The notes under the pieces: model-generated
The model's input: the letters and a program-made list of their open reading frames with translations, nothing else
Told to the model about the DNA's origin: nothing
Databases searched by the model: none
Shown here: piece by piece, positions 48,016 to 59,581 of the stretch
Layout: each line of letters opens with the position of its first letter
How positions within the stretch are numbered: position 1 is the first letter of the stretch
Translations under genes and position numbers: made by a program
Assembly: GCA_041674285.1 (NCBI GenBank)
Contig: JBAYVZ010000003.1
Coordinates: forward strand, 20,606 to 84,605
From: Minisyncoccota bacterium
Lineage (GTDB): Bacteria > Patescibacteriota > Minisyncoccia > Phycocordibacterales > UBA9973
Direction: 5' to 3'
DNA: 64,000 bases

Positions 48016-49269
48016 TTACCAAGTTATGAGGACACCTCCATTTGCCCCATTCCCAGTCATCCAATCATGATTATTTATACCACCTTCTCCTATGTCAATT
48101 TCAAATTTAGCATTGATAGGCAGATCTTCCCATCTATAAGTATTTACAACGTGAGCACCTGCACCACCACCACCACTCATAGGGGTGACGAATTCTCCTC
48201 CTACTAAAATTTTTGTTGTACAGAAAAGAGCACTAGCAAGTGTTGATTCTCTTCCAAAACCTCCCCCTCCGGCACCCCAACTAATAGTATTAGGCGACAA
48301 ACCTCTACCATTTGTAGTTCCGGTACGAGCACCACCTGCGCCTCCATATCCTCCAACTGTCATATTACCACCTGATATTGCAAACGTTGATGTTGCAGAA
48401 GTTCCACCACTACCACCCACACAAGCAGAATTAGTAGAATACCCACCTGAAGCTGAAAAAATTGACGGAGTTACAACAAAAGGATTTTGGCCATTCCCAC
48501 CCTTAGCAGTCGCTTGTTCTATCCCATTTACATAACCCTTACCCCCTTCACCACCTGTTTGCATTGTAGTACCCCAAGTAGTAGTACCGTAGCCCATTTT
48601 CCCAGCTTCAGCTTGAATTGTATAAAAAGTAGGTGTTGAACCAGAATAAATTCTCAAGGAAGAAGAATCCCCAGGGTTAGTTTTATTACCTGCGTTACCT
48701 GGATTTGAGTCTGTCCTAGGAACACTATTTCCACCAGCCCCCCAAAGCTCTACTTTTATATCTTTTACACCAGGGGGTAAAATAGCAGTGTCAAAGGTAT
48801 GATGTCCAGGAGTATTCCTATACCAAACACCAGAAAAAGAAGAACAAACAGTCAATTCTCCTGACGATGAGGCACATAGTCTCTTCGGTCCAGGCTTACC
48901 TCCAGAAATATCAATATTTTCTAGAACTAATCTATCCACACTGACCTTGCCTGTTCCTGGGCTAAAATTACAACCAGAAGGAGTACAGTTAGCACTACCT
49001 AAATTCAAACTACCAAAAGAAGCAGCATTACCATTTACAACCATAGAACCCTCTACATGGAAATTTGCTATTGGCGCACTAGATGTACCCAAAGCCAATT
49101 TACTTGTTTTATATTGAGGACTATATGTACCACCCATTAATGGCATGGCAGTATTACTTGCTGAAGAAAATGAGGCAGGACGAGATGTGTAGGTAGCAAA
49201 AGTATTTAAACCTAAAGTAAGAACAAGTGCTGGTACTAATATTTTTAAAATTTTAAATAAGTCTTTCAT
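48016..49269 (-). CDS. Secreted fibre-like protein with C-terminal glycine-rich domain
   Basis: Signal peptide; VELWGAGG, GAGGGG, GGGGAG, GANGGVLITW. Confidence 0.7.
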   Translation of the reverse strand: MKDLFKILKILVPALVLTLGLNTFATYTSRPASFSSASNTAMPLMGGTYSPQYKTSKLALGTSSAPIANFHVEGSMVVNGNAASFGSLNLGSANCTPSGCNFSPGTGKVSVDRLVLENIDISGGKPGPKRLCASSSGELTVCSSFSGVWYRNTPGHHTFDTAILPPGVKDIKVELWGAGGNSVPRTDSNPGNAGNKTNPGDSSSLRIYSGSTPTFYTIQAEAGKMGYGTTTWGTTMQTGGEGGKGYVNGIEQATAKGGNGQNPFVVTPSIFSASGGYSTNSACVGGSGGTSATSTFAISGGNMTVGGYGGAGGARTGTTNGRGLSPNTISWGAGGGGFGRESTLASALFCTTKILVGGEFVTPMSGGGGAGAHVVNTYRWEDLPINAKFEIDIGEGGINNHDWMTGNGANGGVLITW

Positions 49270-49280
49270 ATTTTTATTAA

Positions 49281-49709
49281 TTATGGGCAAATAATAATCT
49301 CTTTGTTTGTATCAATACATAATGATTCCAATGTGTAGACGCTAGAGGATGAACCAGAAGACCCACCACCAGTCGACACGCTCAATCCATATGGATCTTG
49401 AATATCCCAAATATAAAGCTCATTTGAATATACAGAACCGACTTGAGCGAAATTACCCCATATTCCTAATGACTTTATGTAAGAATTCCCATAAACATTC
49501 AAAGTAGAACCTGAGCTAGCTGTTGTTCCTAAACTTAGAGATCCCCATATATTCTGAACTTTATTACCCGTATTTATGACTGGACCAAGATTTGATGCTG
49601 GGTCAGAAACTGAGGGTTTAGGCGTATAGGCTGCAGAAACCCAATTTATTGCTACTGTAAAAACTAGAGCAATTATTAATATTTTTATAGTGTGTAAAAT
49701 TTTTTTCAT
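49281..49709 (-). CDS. Small secreted protein (paralog of neighbours)
   Basis: Signal peptide; P.SN..PVINTG..Q; C-terminal LCID...IICP. Confidence 0.7.
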   Translation of the reverse strand: MKKILHTIKILIIALVFTVAINWVSAAYTPKPSVSDPASNLGPVINTGNKVQNIWGSLSLGTTASSGSTLNVYGNSYIKSLGIWGNFAQVGSVYSNELYIWDIQDPYGLSVSTGGGSSGSSSSVYTLESLCIDTNKEIIICP

Positions 49710-49710
49710 A

Positions 49711-50193
49711 TTATTGGCAAATTACAACTTTGTGTGTTCCATTATCAAGACAGAGAGCCCGACTAGCCCCTGTACCTCCAGATAAACCATAAACATGCAT
49801 CTTCTCCTGAATTACGCTAGACTGGGACTGCGTCGTCTTAACTGTATTGTTAACTACCATTTTGTTCGCAGTGACAGATCCAGGTATACCCAAAGAATCC
49901 GCAGATAAATCAAGAGACCCAAATGTAGTAAGACCGTATACATATACTGTTGAATCATTGCCATTACTCAAATAATCATAATAAGAACCAACAACCAAAG
50001 CATGAGGGACTTTATTACCAGAAGCACCAGTAGGAGTAGTTCCCACCTTGGACTGATCGACTAAAGGTGATGTTGTATATACAGGAGTAGAGAATCCTCC
50101 ATTTGGTGGAGTCGCAGTAGGCCCAGCAAATGCTACGCCAGCAAATGCTACGCCCACCAAAACCATGATTGAGAAAATTTGTTTTGTTTTCAT
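49711..50193 (-). CDS. Small secreted protein (paralog of neighbours)
   Basis: Signal peptide; GPTATPPNG; C-terminal LCLD...VICQ. Confidence 0.7.
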   Translation of the reverse strand: MKTKQIFSIMVLVGVAFAGVAFAGPTATPPNGGFSTPVYTTSPLVDQSKVGTTPTGASGNKVPHALVVGSYYDYLSNGNDSTVYVYGLTTFGSLDLSADSLGIPGSVTANKMVVNNTVKTTQSQSSVIQEKMHVYGLSGGTGASRALCLDNGTHKVVICQ

Positions 50194-50197
50194 ATAA

Positions 50198-53100
50198 TTA
50201 GCGTTCTATTACTTTTATCTTCTTTGTTAATGGGTCAAAATTTACAGTTACATCATCACTACCTGGCTTTGTTGGATTTGAACAAGTGACCCTAAATATC
50301 GTAGGACCAGGATCAGAAACCGACACCGCATACCCAATAGAATTATTATCCATCTGAGCAGGTTGACCAGAAGCTACAGAAGTATTCTTTGTTACATTAG
50401 AAATTGCACAAGAATTTGCGAATGTAGATGTCCAATAAAGGTTTACATTTTCATAAATTTTTGCATTAGCTGGGAAAGCCCATGCGGTTACTATTGGTGT
50501 TGGGTTTACGGCAGTTACTCTCACTAGTATTGGCCCAACAGTCGCTCCATACATATCCAAACAGTTATAGAGAGTAAACGTCTGAGGTCCAGGTGTATTT
50601 CTTATAGTTACAGGAGTACTACTATTACCTATTATGTTTCCTGATTTCCAAGGAGACCCAGGACTAGTTGACGCCCTACAAGAGTTGGCACTGACACCAG
50701 ATATCTCCCAAAATAGTGTCTGAGTAGTTCCGATCACCGCCTCAATATTACGTGTATTTACATTTCCTATACCAAATTTTACAACAGCAGGAACTGGTGG
50801 AATCGTGGTCACAGTCACATCCAGATACTTAGTCACACTTGAATTTGCAGAGTTGAAACATTCCAACATGAATGAATCACCTGTTGATGATATAGATACA
50901 GGGAATGCATTAGGCGCCGTCAAGTTGGCAGAAAGTCGTGCGTTATTTAGCTTTACACTTGATGGTGATGTTCTATAAATATCACATCCACCACTAGCAT
51001 TTGTGGTTGACCAATACAATCCAGTATTTCTATTTGTTGAAGGTACAGGATTTATCGTAGCTTGTAAACCACCGTCGATTACTGGATCTGCAATGACCCC
51101 AACATTCACAGATAGATCTTTTGATACAAGAGAAACCCCGTCAGTACATGTAATTCTAAAAATAGAATTTGCAGATACACTCACTCCTGGCCTATTACCA
51201 TTCTTAGTCAAACCTATACCAAGATCAGAAAATGAGGGTGTAATTCTAGCAAGATTACATGAAGTAGTGTTTACCGATGTCCAACTCAATGTAGTATTGC
51301 CCCCCGAAGTAGAGCTAAATGATCCTGGGGTAGCTATAAATGAAGTAATTGAAGGTAGAGTCCCTGGATTATTCACAGAAATTAAAGAAGTTGAAGATTT
51401 TGTTTCTACTGGCAAAAGTTTGTTAAAACAATCAACTTTATATAGAGCATTCTGTGTCCCCACGTTAAATGTCTTATTGTAGAAAGCCAAGCTATTTGAC
51501 ACTATTCCTCCTGAATTTTCTGCCATCGGAGAAGCAACCCATCCATCACTCACAGCTTGAACAATACCGTTTACGGTCTTACTTGCATTACATGCAACCA
51601 TATTCCCAGTAATAGGTGTTTCAACTGTATTGTTAATAAATATCTTGTAGTAGATATTCGAAGATGGAGAATATGGTAATCCAGATAATCCAACCCTAAA
51701 ATCCCCGCCGGGAGTTGATGCAAGATAAAGATGATTCCACTGAGAAGGAGGAGCAACAAATCTTACCCAATATTTTGTACCTTTCACAACATTTACATTA
51801 TTTATAGGTATATAGCCCCAATTATAGGTTGTAGTTGAATTTGAAGGCCAGACAGCAGAAGGATTTGGAAATACTGCATTTTGACTACTCAGCATGCCAC
51901 CAAGCGAACCATTATTATCCCTATGGATATAAACGTTTAAATCGTATGGCTTATATGCAGTATTTGCCTTATAATAAATTTTTATTTGTCTTAGTGGTCC
52001 AGTGTCTTGAGCCACAAAACTCTGCATAGAATGCTGTGTCGAGGTCGGGCTATCCATCAATACTGAAGATGCAGGCGTAATGGGGCCAATATTCCCTAAG
52101 CCATTTGTCTGATAGGTGCCGACTCTCTTATGTGTATAAAAATTTATATTAGAAGCATTTGGGGATGGGTATGATACAGAGTTAGGATTGGCTGATATAT
52201 TATCCATAAAATTCCAAACTTTTACAGGCTGGGTAAATGTAACAGACTGACCATTGTTAATATTGGTACAAGTCAATGAATAAGTATTTGAATATTGGCC
52301 TACATATATATTCTTAGACCCAGAGACAGGTGTAGCAGATGGAGACCCGGACCAAAGAGATCCAGACCAATTAGTATCCCCAGAAGTGTTTGAAGCAGAA
52401 CATGTCGTAGCATTTTTAACAGACCATGTAAGATTTACAGCATTCAGCGATTTTATATCTACTGGATTTGGCAATTTACTTGAATCTACAACATAAGAAA
52501 CATCATTTTTGTCTACTGTAAAAGTAACAGTCGGTGATACTTTTATGCTTACAGAAGAGGTTCTGATTATCGTACCATTAGAACAAACGATACTATATAT
52601 AGCATCAGAAGGGCCCACATTTACTGTAAAATATTTCCCCGAACCAGATGACGGTACTATTGAACCAACCCAACCGTCACCAGCAGCCTGACTAACACCA
52701 TTTACTGTCTTTGAAGCAGTACAAGCTGTGGGTGCTACTGTAGTTGAAGTATTTAAAGAATTAAAAAAGCTAAGAAGAACCTGATTACTAGACTCAGAAA
52801 CTACATATTTTGATGCGGATAAAGATATATACATATTCCCAGTAGACCCCGAAATCTTTACCCCACTCATATCAATCCAACCAACTACATCACTTCCCCA
52901 GGCATATCCAGACATATTTCTAGGCATAGTTGAATTACCCGCAGCAGCAACAGAAACACCAGAAAGGTCTATGAAGCCAGAAAATCCTGGTAAGGAAGTT
53001 GAACCGTTACCAGATAATACCTTTGCGAAACCAGAGAGAGTGGTCGCAGAAGTCATAGATCCAATTTTTGGAGCACACAATGCGACAGTATTCCCAGCAG

Positions 53101-53380
53101 GACAAGAAGCGAGAGTCGGGTCAAAATGTATCCAACCCAAATTATCATTCCAAGCGTAGTTCGAAAGTAACTTAGTGCTATCATTTACAGTCACTTTAAA
53201 AGAGCCATTACCGCAGGCCCCAATATCTCCACAATTGAAACTAATCCAACCAACGTTTCCAGACCATGCACTACCAGAAAGTTCAAAATCGGCAGCATCT
53301 ACATTAGAAGCAAAAGAAAATAAACTAAAAATAAAAACTGCCGCAAAACCTATATTGGATAAGTATTTTTTAATATTCAT
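50198..53380 (-). CDS. Large surface protein with G.AW...GWI repeats and Cys-paired Ig/PKD-like repeats
   Basis: LSGSAWSGNVGWISF, NYAWNDNLGWIHF, SGYAWGSDVVGWID; repeated L.W...NA..C...F.L.C. Confidence 0.8.
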   Translation of the reverse strand: MNIKKYLSNIGFAAVFIFSLFSFASNVDAADFELSGSAWSGNVGWISFNCGDIGACGNGSFKVTVNDSTKLLSNYAWNDNLGWIHFDPTLASCPAGNTVALCAPKIGSMTSATTLSGFAKVLSGNGSTSLPGFSGFIDLSGVSVAAAGNSTMPRNMSGYAWGSDVVGWIDMSGVKISGSTGNMYISLSASKYVVSESSNQVLLSFFNSLNTSTTVAPTACTASKTVNGVSQAAGDGWVGSIVPSSGSGKYFTVNVGPSDAIYSIVCSNGTIIRTSSVSIKVSPTVTFTVDKNDVSYVVDSSKLPNPVDIKSLNAVNLTWSVKNATTCSASNTSGDTNWSGSLWSGSPSATPVSGSKNIYVGQYSNTYSLTCTNINNGQSVTFTQPVKVWNFMDNISANPNSVSYPSPNASNINFYTHKRVGTYQTNGLGNIGPITPASSVLMDSPTSTQHSMQSFVAQDTGPLRQIKIYYKANTAYKPYDLNVYIHRDNNGSLGGMLSSQNAVFPNPSAVWPSNSTTTYNWGYIPINNVNVVKGTKYWVRFVAPPSQWNHLYLASTPGGDFRVGLSGLPYSPSSNIYYKIFINNTVETPITGNMVACNASKTVNGIVQAVSDGWVASPMAENSGGIVSNSLAFYNKTFNVGTQNALYKVDCFNKLLPVETKSSTSLISVNNPGTLPSITSFIATPGSFSSTSGGNTTLSWTSVNTTSCNLARITPSFSDLGIGLTKNGNRPGVSVSANSIFRITCTDGVSLVSKDLSVNVGVIADPVIDGGLQATINPVPSTNRNTGLYWSTTNASGGCDIYRTSPSSVKLNNARLSANLTAPNAFPVSISSTGDSFMLECFNSANSSVTKYLDVTVTTIPPVPAVVKFGIGNVNTRNIEAVIGTTQTLFWEISGVSANSCRASTSPGSPWKSGNIIGNSSTPVTIRNTPGPQTFTLYNCLDMYGATVGPILVRVTAVNPTPIVTAWAFPANAKIYENVNLYWTSTFANSCAISNVTKNTSVASGQPAQMDNNSIGYAVSVSDPGPTIFRVTCSNPTKPGSDDVTVNFDPLTKKIKVIER

Positions 53381-53381
53381 A

Positions 53382-53699
53382 TTATTGATACAAGCTTTTA
53401 ATAATCTCGAGCTCTCGAGCACGAGCTTCCTTGGTAGGTAATGTATTTGATTTTTTGCTTTGGGATTGTTCCACGAATTCTATTTTTTGTTCTTCTGACA
53501 GATTTATATTCATAGCATCTTCGGCTGTATTATTTATCATCTCTTGTATTTTTTCTTCTTCTGTCTGAGGTATTAGAGAAGCTTTGTATTTTTTATAAAA
53601 AAAGACACCAAGTAGAACTAGAACAATTAATAAAATTATTATAATGATATTTTTTTTCTGAGAGAAAAAATTTTGTGAAACTTTTTTTATGTCAATCAT
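53382..53699 (-). CDS. Small single-TM protein
   Basis: IIIIILLIVLVLLGVFFY; first gene of the surface-protein operon. Confidence 0.65.
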   Translation of the reverse strand: MIDIKKVSQNFFSQKKNIIIIILLIVLVLLGVFFYKKYKASLIPQTEEEKIQEMINNTAEDAMNINLSEEQKIEFVEQSQSKKSNTLPTKEARARELEIIKSLYQ

Positions 53700-53810
53700 T
53701 GTATTTTTATTATATCACGCATGCAAAGTATCACAACACAAAATCTTGCTTTTCTGTGGAAAAGTTGGTATTATGTTTATACAAATGTCCGTCTCGAACC
53801 GGACTTTTTT

Positions 53811-53955
53811 AGTAAAATAATGAGCCGTAGGCGAATATATTTTATTTATGCAAAACAAGGAGCATCGCGACTATGTTTTGCGCTAGTAAAATAAGGAGCT
53901 ACGTGTGAACATATTTTATTTATTCAAAATAGGGAGCGAAGCGACCATATTTTGT
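53811..53955 (+). repeat. Tandem array of four related hairpin units (AAAAYA..GAGC-loop-GYGA..ATRTTTT)
   Basis: Units start near 53811, 53850, 53884 and 53923 in the nusA leader. Confidence 0.7.
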
Positions 53956-54012
53956 ATTTTAGCAAAATTAAATAGAAGGCATAAATATTTTTTCATGCCG
54001 GACAATAAATAT

Positions 54013-55234
<1,222 letters not shown>

Positions 55235-55288
55235 TAAATAAAAACAACTTTATAACTTTTGACATTATAAACTTTATAACTAAATCCT

Positions 55289-55873
55289 ATGGCAAACATA
55301 AACCAAAAACCTAGTAAATACATGTATAACCTATTGCACGTGCTACCCGCATTTGCAAACGAAGAAAAGGGTGTAATCAATGCAATTATCGAAGTATCAG
55401 CAGGATCTATCAATAAATATGAGATGATTACAGAATCAGGCCAGCTGAAGCTCGATCGTGTAGGATATTCAACACTCGCATACCCATTTACATACGGAGC
55501 TATCCCTATGACTTGGGATTATGATGGTGATCCACTAGATGTAGAGATTGTGAACATCACAGAACCTCTAGTACCAGGATCCCTAGTAGAAGCTAGAGTT
55601 ATCGGTGTAATGAAATTCGTAGATGGTGGTGAGGTAGACGACAAGATCATTGCAGTATTAGCTGATGATCGTCGCTCTGACCACATCAAGACAGTAGAAG
55701 ATCTAGGTGAATACTTTAAAACAGAGACTAAATATTTCTGGGAAAACATAAAATACCTAAAGAAACCAGGCACAGGAGTAGTAGAGACATTTTACGGACC
55801 AGAGGAAGCAATCAAAGTCCTAAAAGAATGCGAAGAGAAATACGCAAAAGAATACGCTCCAAAACTGGACTAA
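55289..55873 (+). CDS. ppa: Inorganic pyrophosphatase (family I)
   Basis: NKYE, LDRV, YPFTYG, DGDPLDV, DDKII. Confidence 0.95.
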   Translation: MANINQKPSKYMYNLLHVLPAFANEEKGVINAIIEVSAGSINKYEMITESGQLKLDRVGYSTLAYPFTYGAIPMTWDYDGDPLDVEIVNITEPLVPGSLVEARVIGVMKFVDGGEVDDKIIAVLADDRRSDHIKTVEDLGEYFKTETKYFWENIKYLKKPGTGVVETFYGPEEAIKVLKECEEKYAKEYAPKLD

Positions 55874-55962
55874 TACATATAAAACACCCCTATTTATAGG
55901 GGTGTTTTATTGTTTTTGACAAAATACAAATTAATGCTATTCTAAAGAAAAAACCCAAAACC

Positions 55963-56820
55963 ATGAGACAATTAAAAATTTCAAGGCAATTCACAAATAG
56001 GGACGCCAGATCTCTTGATGTATTTTTCAACGAAATGAGCAAGACACCACTCCTTAGCGATGAGGATGAGATATCTCTAACACAAAGGATAAGAGATGGA
56101 GATCACGTAGCCCTAGAAAAACTAGTGACCTCAAATCTGAGGTTTGTAGTATCAGTAGCAAAACAATACCAGAACCAAGGATTATCATTGGGAGACTTGA
56201 TAAATGAAGGTAGTATCGGACTAACCAAGGCGGCCCAAAAATTTGACGAGACCCGTGGATTTAAATTTATATCTTATGCAGTATGGTGGATCAGTCAATC
56301 AATAATCGCGGCTATAGTGAATAGCGCCAAAATGATTCGTCAACCATTAAACAAAGTTGTTCTGGGTAATAAAATAAATGCAAAAACGGGACAGCTTGGG
56401 CAAGAATTAGGGAGAGAACCTAGCGACGAAGAGATTATGGAATATTTAGACATAGATAAAGAAAGTTTTAACCATTATTTAGAAAGCGCAAAACATCTAT
56501 CTCTAGATTCCCCTATCAGTGAAGAAGGCGATATCACTATTTTAGACACCATCGATAATCAAGAAGAGAGCCCTGACTCAATCTTAATGAAAGAATCTCT
56601 TAGTATTGAATTAAAAAGAGTTATAAATAAATCATTAAACGAAAAAGAGAAAGAGGTTTTAATCTATTATTATGGATTGGACGGCAATGCCCCACTAAGA
56701 TTAGAAGACATAGCCAAAATAATGAAAATCACCAGGGAGGGTGTACGCCAGATAAAAGAAAAGTCTCTTAGAAAATTGGGTAAACATACTTACCGAAAAA
56801 AATTAATCTCATATTTATGA
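55963..56820 (+). CDS. RpoD/SigA-family sigma-70 factor, Bacteroidota-like (no region 1.1)
   Basis: MRQLKIS..FTNR N-terminus; NLRFVVSVAKQYQNQGLSL.DLINEG; FDETRGFKFISYAVWWI; TREGVRQI. Confidence 0.9.
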   Translation: MRQLKISRQFTNRDARSLDVFFNEMSKTPLLSDEDEISLTQRIRDGDHVALEKLVTSNLRFVVSVAKQYQNQGLSLGDLINEGSIGLTKAAQKFDETRGFKFISYAVWWISQSIIAAIVNSAKMIRQPLNKVVLGNKINAKTGQLGQELGREPSDEEIMEYLDIDKESFNHYLESAKHLSLDSPISEEGDITILDTIDNQEESPDSILMKESLSIELKRVINKSLNEKEKEVLIYYYGLDGNAPLRLEDIAKIMKITREGVRQIKEKSLRKLGKHTYRKKLISYL

Positions 56821-56897
56821 GAATAAAGCCTCTGCAATTATTAATTGCAGAGGCTTTTTTGACAAAAAGGTGTTATTTATATAGACTGTGAACACAT

Positions 56898-57959
56898 ATG
56901 ATCAAAACAACAGTAACAAAATTAGAAAAAAGTGAGGTAGAAATCACTGGTATTATAGAGAGTGCAGTATTTATGTCCTATGAGGACAAGGCCCTAGCAC
57001 ACCTAGGAGAGAGAATAGAATTACCAGGTTTTCGCCCAGGTAAAGCTCCGGCTGAGATAATAAAGCAAAATATCAACGATATGATGCTATTAGAAGAGAT
57101 GGCAGAGCGTGCAATCACTGCATCTTACGCAGAAATCATCGAACAGGAAAAGATCGATGCTATCGGTCGCCCAGAGATCAGTATTACAAAGATTGCTCGT
57201 GGTTCTGACCTTGAATTCAAGATCAAAACAGCAGTTCTACCAGAGATAAAGCTCCCAGACTACAAGAAAATAGCAAAAGAAGAGAACGCAAAGGAAGATT
57301 ACAAGAAAGAGGTTGTGATAGAAGAGGCAGATATCGAAAAAACTCTACTCGATCTACGTAAAATGCGTGCTCACCAAGATCTTCACAAGAATGATGAACC
57401 AGGTACACCCCACACAGAACACCCAGAACCAGAAGAAAAAGATCTACCTGTGATCGATGACGAATTTGCAAAATCAATCGGTAAATTTGAAAATGTAGCA
57501 GAATTAAAGGCAAAAATTGCTGAGAATCTAAAGACAGAAAAGGAAACTGACCAAAAGGACAAACGCCGTCTAGCTATCATCGAGAAATTACTAGAACAGA
57601 CAGAGGGTGAACTACCTGAAATCCTAGTAAATGCAGAATCAGACAAGCTGATGTACCGCCTAGAAGCAGATGTGACTCAGATGGGATTCAAATTCGATGA
57701 ATATTTGACTCAAGTAGGAAAAACAGAGGCTGACTTGAGAAATGAATGGAAGCCAGAGGCAGAAAAGCGTGCAAAACTAGCTATGATCATACACCGCTTG
57801 ATGGAATTGGAAAATCTAAGACCAAGCGATGAAGAAGTTCAAAAAGAAGTAGACGTATTGGTAAATATGTACAAAGATGCGGATCCAATCCGAGCTCGTG
57901 CATATGTAGAACAGATGATTGGCAATGAAAAAGTATTTTCTTTCCTAGAGAATCAATAA
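56898..57959 (+). CDS. tig: Trigger factor lacking the FKBP domain
   Basis: LPGFRPGKAP; LPEIKLPDY; LPVIDDEFAK; only 353 aa. Confidence 0.93.
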   Translation: MIKTTVTKLEKSEVEITGIIESAVFMSYEDKALAHLGERIELPGFRPGKAPAEIIKQNINDMMLLEEMAERAITASYAEIIEQEKIDAIGRPEISITKIARGSDLEFKIKTAVLPEIKLPDYKKIAKEENAKEDYKKEVVIEEADIEKTLLDLRKMRAHQDLHKNDEPGTPHTEHPEPEEKDLPVIDDEFAKSIGKFENVAELKAKIAENLKTEKETDQKDKRRLAIIEKLLEQTEGELPEILVNAESDKLMYRLEADVTQMGFKFDEYLTQVGKTEADLRNEWKPEAEKRAKLAMIIHRLMELENLRPSDEEVQKEVDVLVNMYKDADPIRARAYVEQMIGNEKVFSFLENQ

Positions 57960-58050
57960 AGATTAGTTTCCAGTAACTAGTTTCTAGTAACTAGAAAGAA
58001 AAAAGACCGGAGCATAAACGCTTCGGTCTTTTTTATTTGTTTTCCTATTT

Positions 58051-58725
58051 TTACTTATTTAGGTCTAATTTGTGAATAACAGCATTTGATGTATCCACTT
58101 TGAATTCGATAGTGTCCTTGTACTTTAAATTTCCAAGGTTTAACTCAAATTTAAATTCTTTTGGTAAAGAATTGTAATCGAATTGGTCAAAATAAGAGTA
58201 AGGTAGCTCGGAATATCTATCAAAACCACTCTTACCCAGAGTCTTACCATAAAAATGGGTCACCAAGAATGTAGATTCAATGTATTTGGGATAGCCGTCT
58301 ACTTTGGCTAATGTACCATCTTCGTACTTCACCACTATAGCATCACCATTACCACCAATACCTGCTGGACCAGTAGAATAATCCCAAAAGCAATGATCCA
58401 CATCAAGCTTATTTAGGATTGCTTCATCATTACAACGTATCCTATGTAAATCGTTTCCATCTTTGTCTCGGACATCTACCCATGGTCCGTAATGCAGATA
58501 GTAGCAGAAGCACCATCCGGTGAAATTAGCTCCGCCTGGAATAATCCATTCGAACATCTGCATTTTTACCGGAGGTTGTGGAGGTACTACAACTACCGCC
58601 TGTTTTGGGGGAGGTGTTTTATTGTAACCACATGTCAGACACTCCTTTTGGCAAGAACTCGATGCAAAGATAAATGCAAAGATCATCGCTATCGAAATAG
58701 CGGAAAAGAAAAATTTATTTTTCAT
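58051..58725 (-). CDS. Hypothetical lipoprotein
   Basis: MKNKFFFSAISIAMIFAFIFASSS-C lipobox; Pro-rich linker. Confidence 0.65.
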   Translation of the reverse strand: MKNKFFFSAISIAMIFAFIFASSSCQKECLTCGYNKTPPPKQAVVVVPPQPPVKMQMFEWIIPGGANFTGWCFCYYLHYGPWVDVRDKDGNDLHRIRCNDEAILNKLDVDHCFWDYSTGPAGIGGNGDAIVVKYEDGTLAKVDGYPKYIESTFLVTHFYGKTLGKSGFDRYSELPYSYFDQFDYNSLPKEFKFELNLGNLKYKDTIEFKVDTSNAVIHKLDLNK

Positions 58726-58790
58726 TTTAAATTGGTTTATATTTTGCTCATATTATATCATATTTGTACCCTATTTGTCAAGGTAAAAAA

Positions 58791-58880
58791 TTCCCCTATT
58801 GAGGGGTGGATTTTGTACTCAAAAGACGGGGTGGACAGGGCCCATCCACCTCCCCCTACGGGTACTCCTCAAGAGGAGAA
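58791..58880. repeat. Intergenic REP-like palindromic element (90 bp)
   Basis: TTCCCCTATTGAGG...CCTCAAGAGGAGAA; same family as the insert at 8990. Confidence 0.85.
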
Positions 58881-58953
58881 TTATCTGTTATACTAACCCT
58901 ACAATTACCAATAATTCCCTAGTCACTAGCAACTAGTCACTAGAACCTAACCC

Positions 58954-59538
58954 ATGTTAATCCCAACAGTAATAGAAAAGACAAGCAACGGTGAACGAGC
59001 ATATGATATATACTCTCGCCTTTTAAATGAGCGCATTATTTTCCTAGCCGGCCCTATCGATGACCATATGGCCAACCTTGTCATCGCCCAGCTCCTGTAC
59101 CTAGAGCATACTGATAATAAGAAGGATATCTCACTATATATCAATTCCCCTGGTGGATCTGTAACGGCAGGTCTCGCTATCATCGACACTATGAACTTTA
59201 TCAAGAGTGATGTATCGACTATCTGTGTAGGTATCGCCGCATCTATGGGAGCACTCATCCTATCTGCAGGTGAAAAAGGTAAAAGATTTACTCTACCGAA
59301 CTCTGAGGTGATGATCCACCAAGTGATGGGTGGTGCCGAGGGTCAGGCTAGTGATATCGCCATAAATGCAAAGCATATACTACGAAGCAAGGATACATTG
59401 AACAAAATCCTAGCCAAGAATACAGGCAAGAAATTTGAAGATGTAGAAAAAGATGCAGATCGCGACTACTGGATGAATGCAGATGAAGCCAAGAAATACG
59501 GTATCATCGACCAGATAATCACAAAAGTAAAAAAGTAA
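58954..59538 (+). CDS. clpP: ATP-dependent Clp protease proteolytic subunit
   Basis: YDIYSRLL; YINSPGG; AASMG; MIHQ. Confidence 0.98.
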   Translation: MLIPTVIEKTSNGERAYDIYSRLLNERIIFLAGPIDDHMANLVIAQLLYLEHTDNKKDISLYINSPGGSVTAGLAIIDTMNFIKSDVSTICVGIAASMGALILSAGEKGKRFTLPNSEVMIHQVMGGAEGQASDIAINAKHILRSKDTLNKILAKNTGKKFEDVEKDADRDYWMNADEAKKYGIIDQIITKVKK

Positions 59539-59546
59539 AACAAAAA

Positions 59547-59581
59547 AATCTGCCCAAGGCGCGAGCCTTGGGCAGATTTTT
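59547..59581. terminator. Bidirectional terminator built on the GCCCAAGGC/GCCTTGGGC palindrome
   Basis: AATCTGCCCAAGGC-GCGA-GCCTTGGGCAGATTTTT between convergent genes. Confidence 0.75.

Noticed and set aside
50123-50152. 15-bp tandem duplication (GVAFA twice)
   Set aside because: An in-frame slippage in a signal peptide; no evidence of a phase-variable tract.
48016-50193. Prophage tail-fibre genes
   Set aside because: All have signal peptides, and no capsid, terminase or integrase genes are nearby.
53811-53955. CRISPR array
   Set aside because: Units are degenerate and abutting, with no unique spacers and no cas genes.
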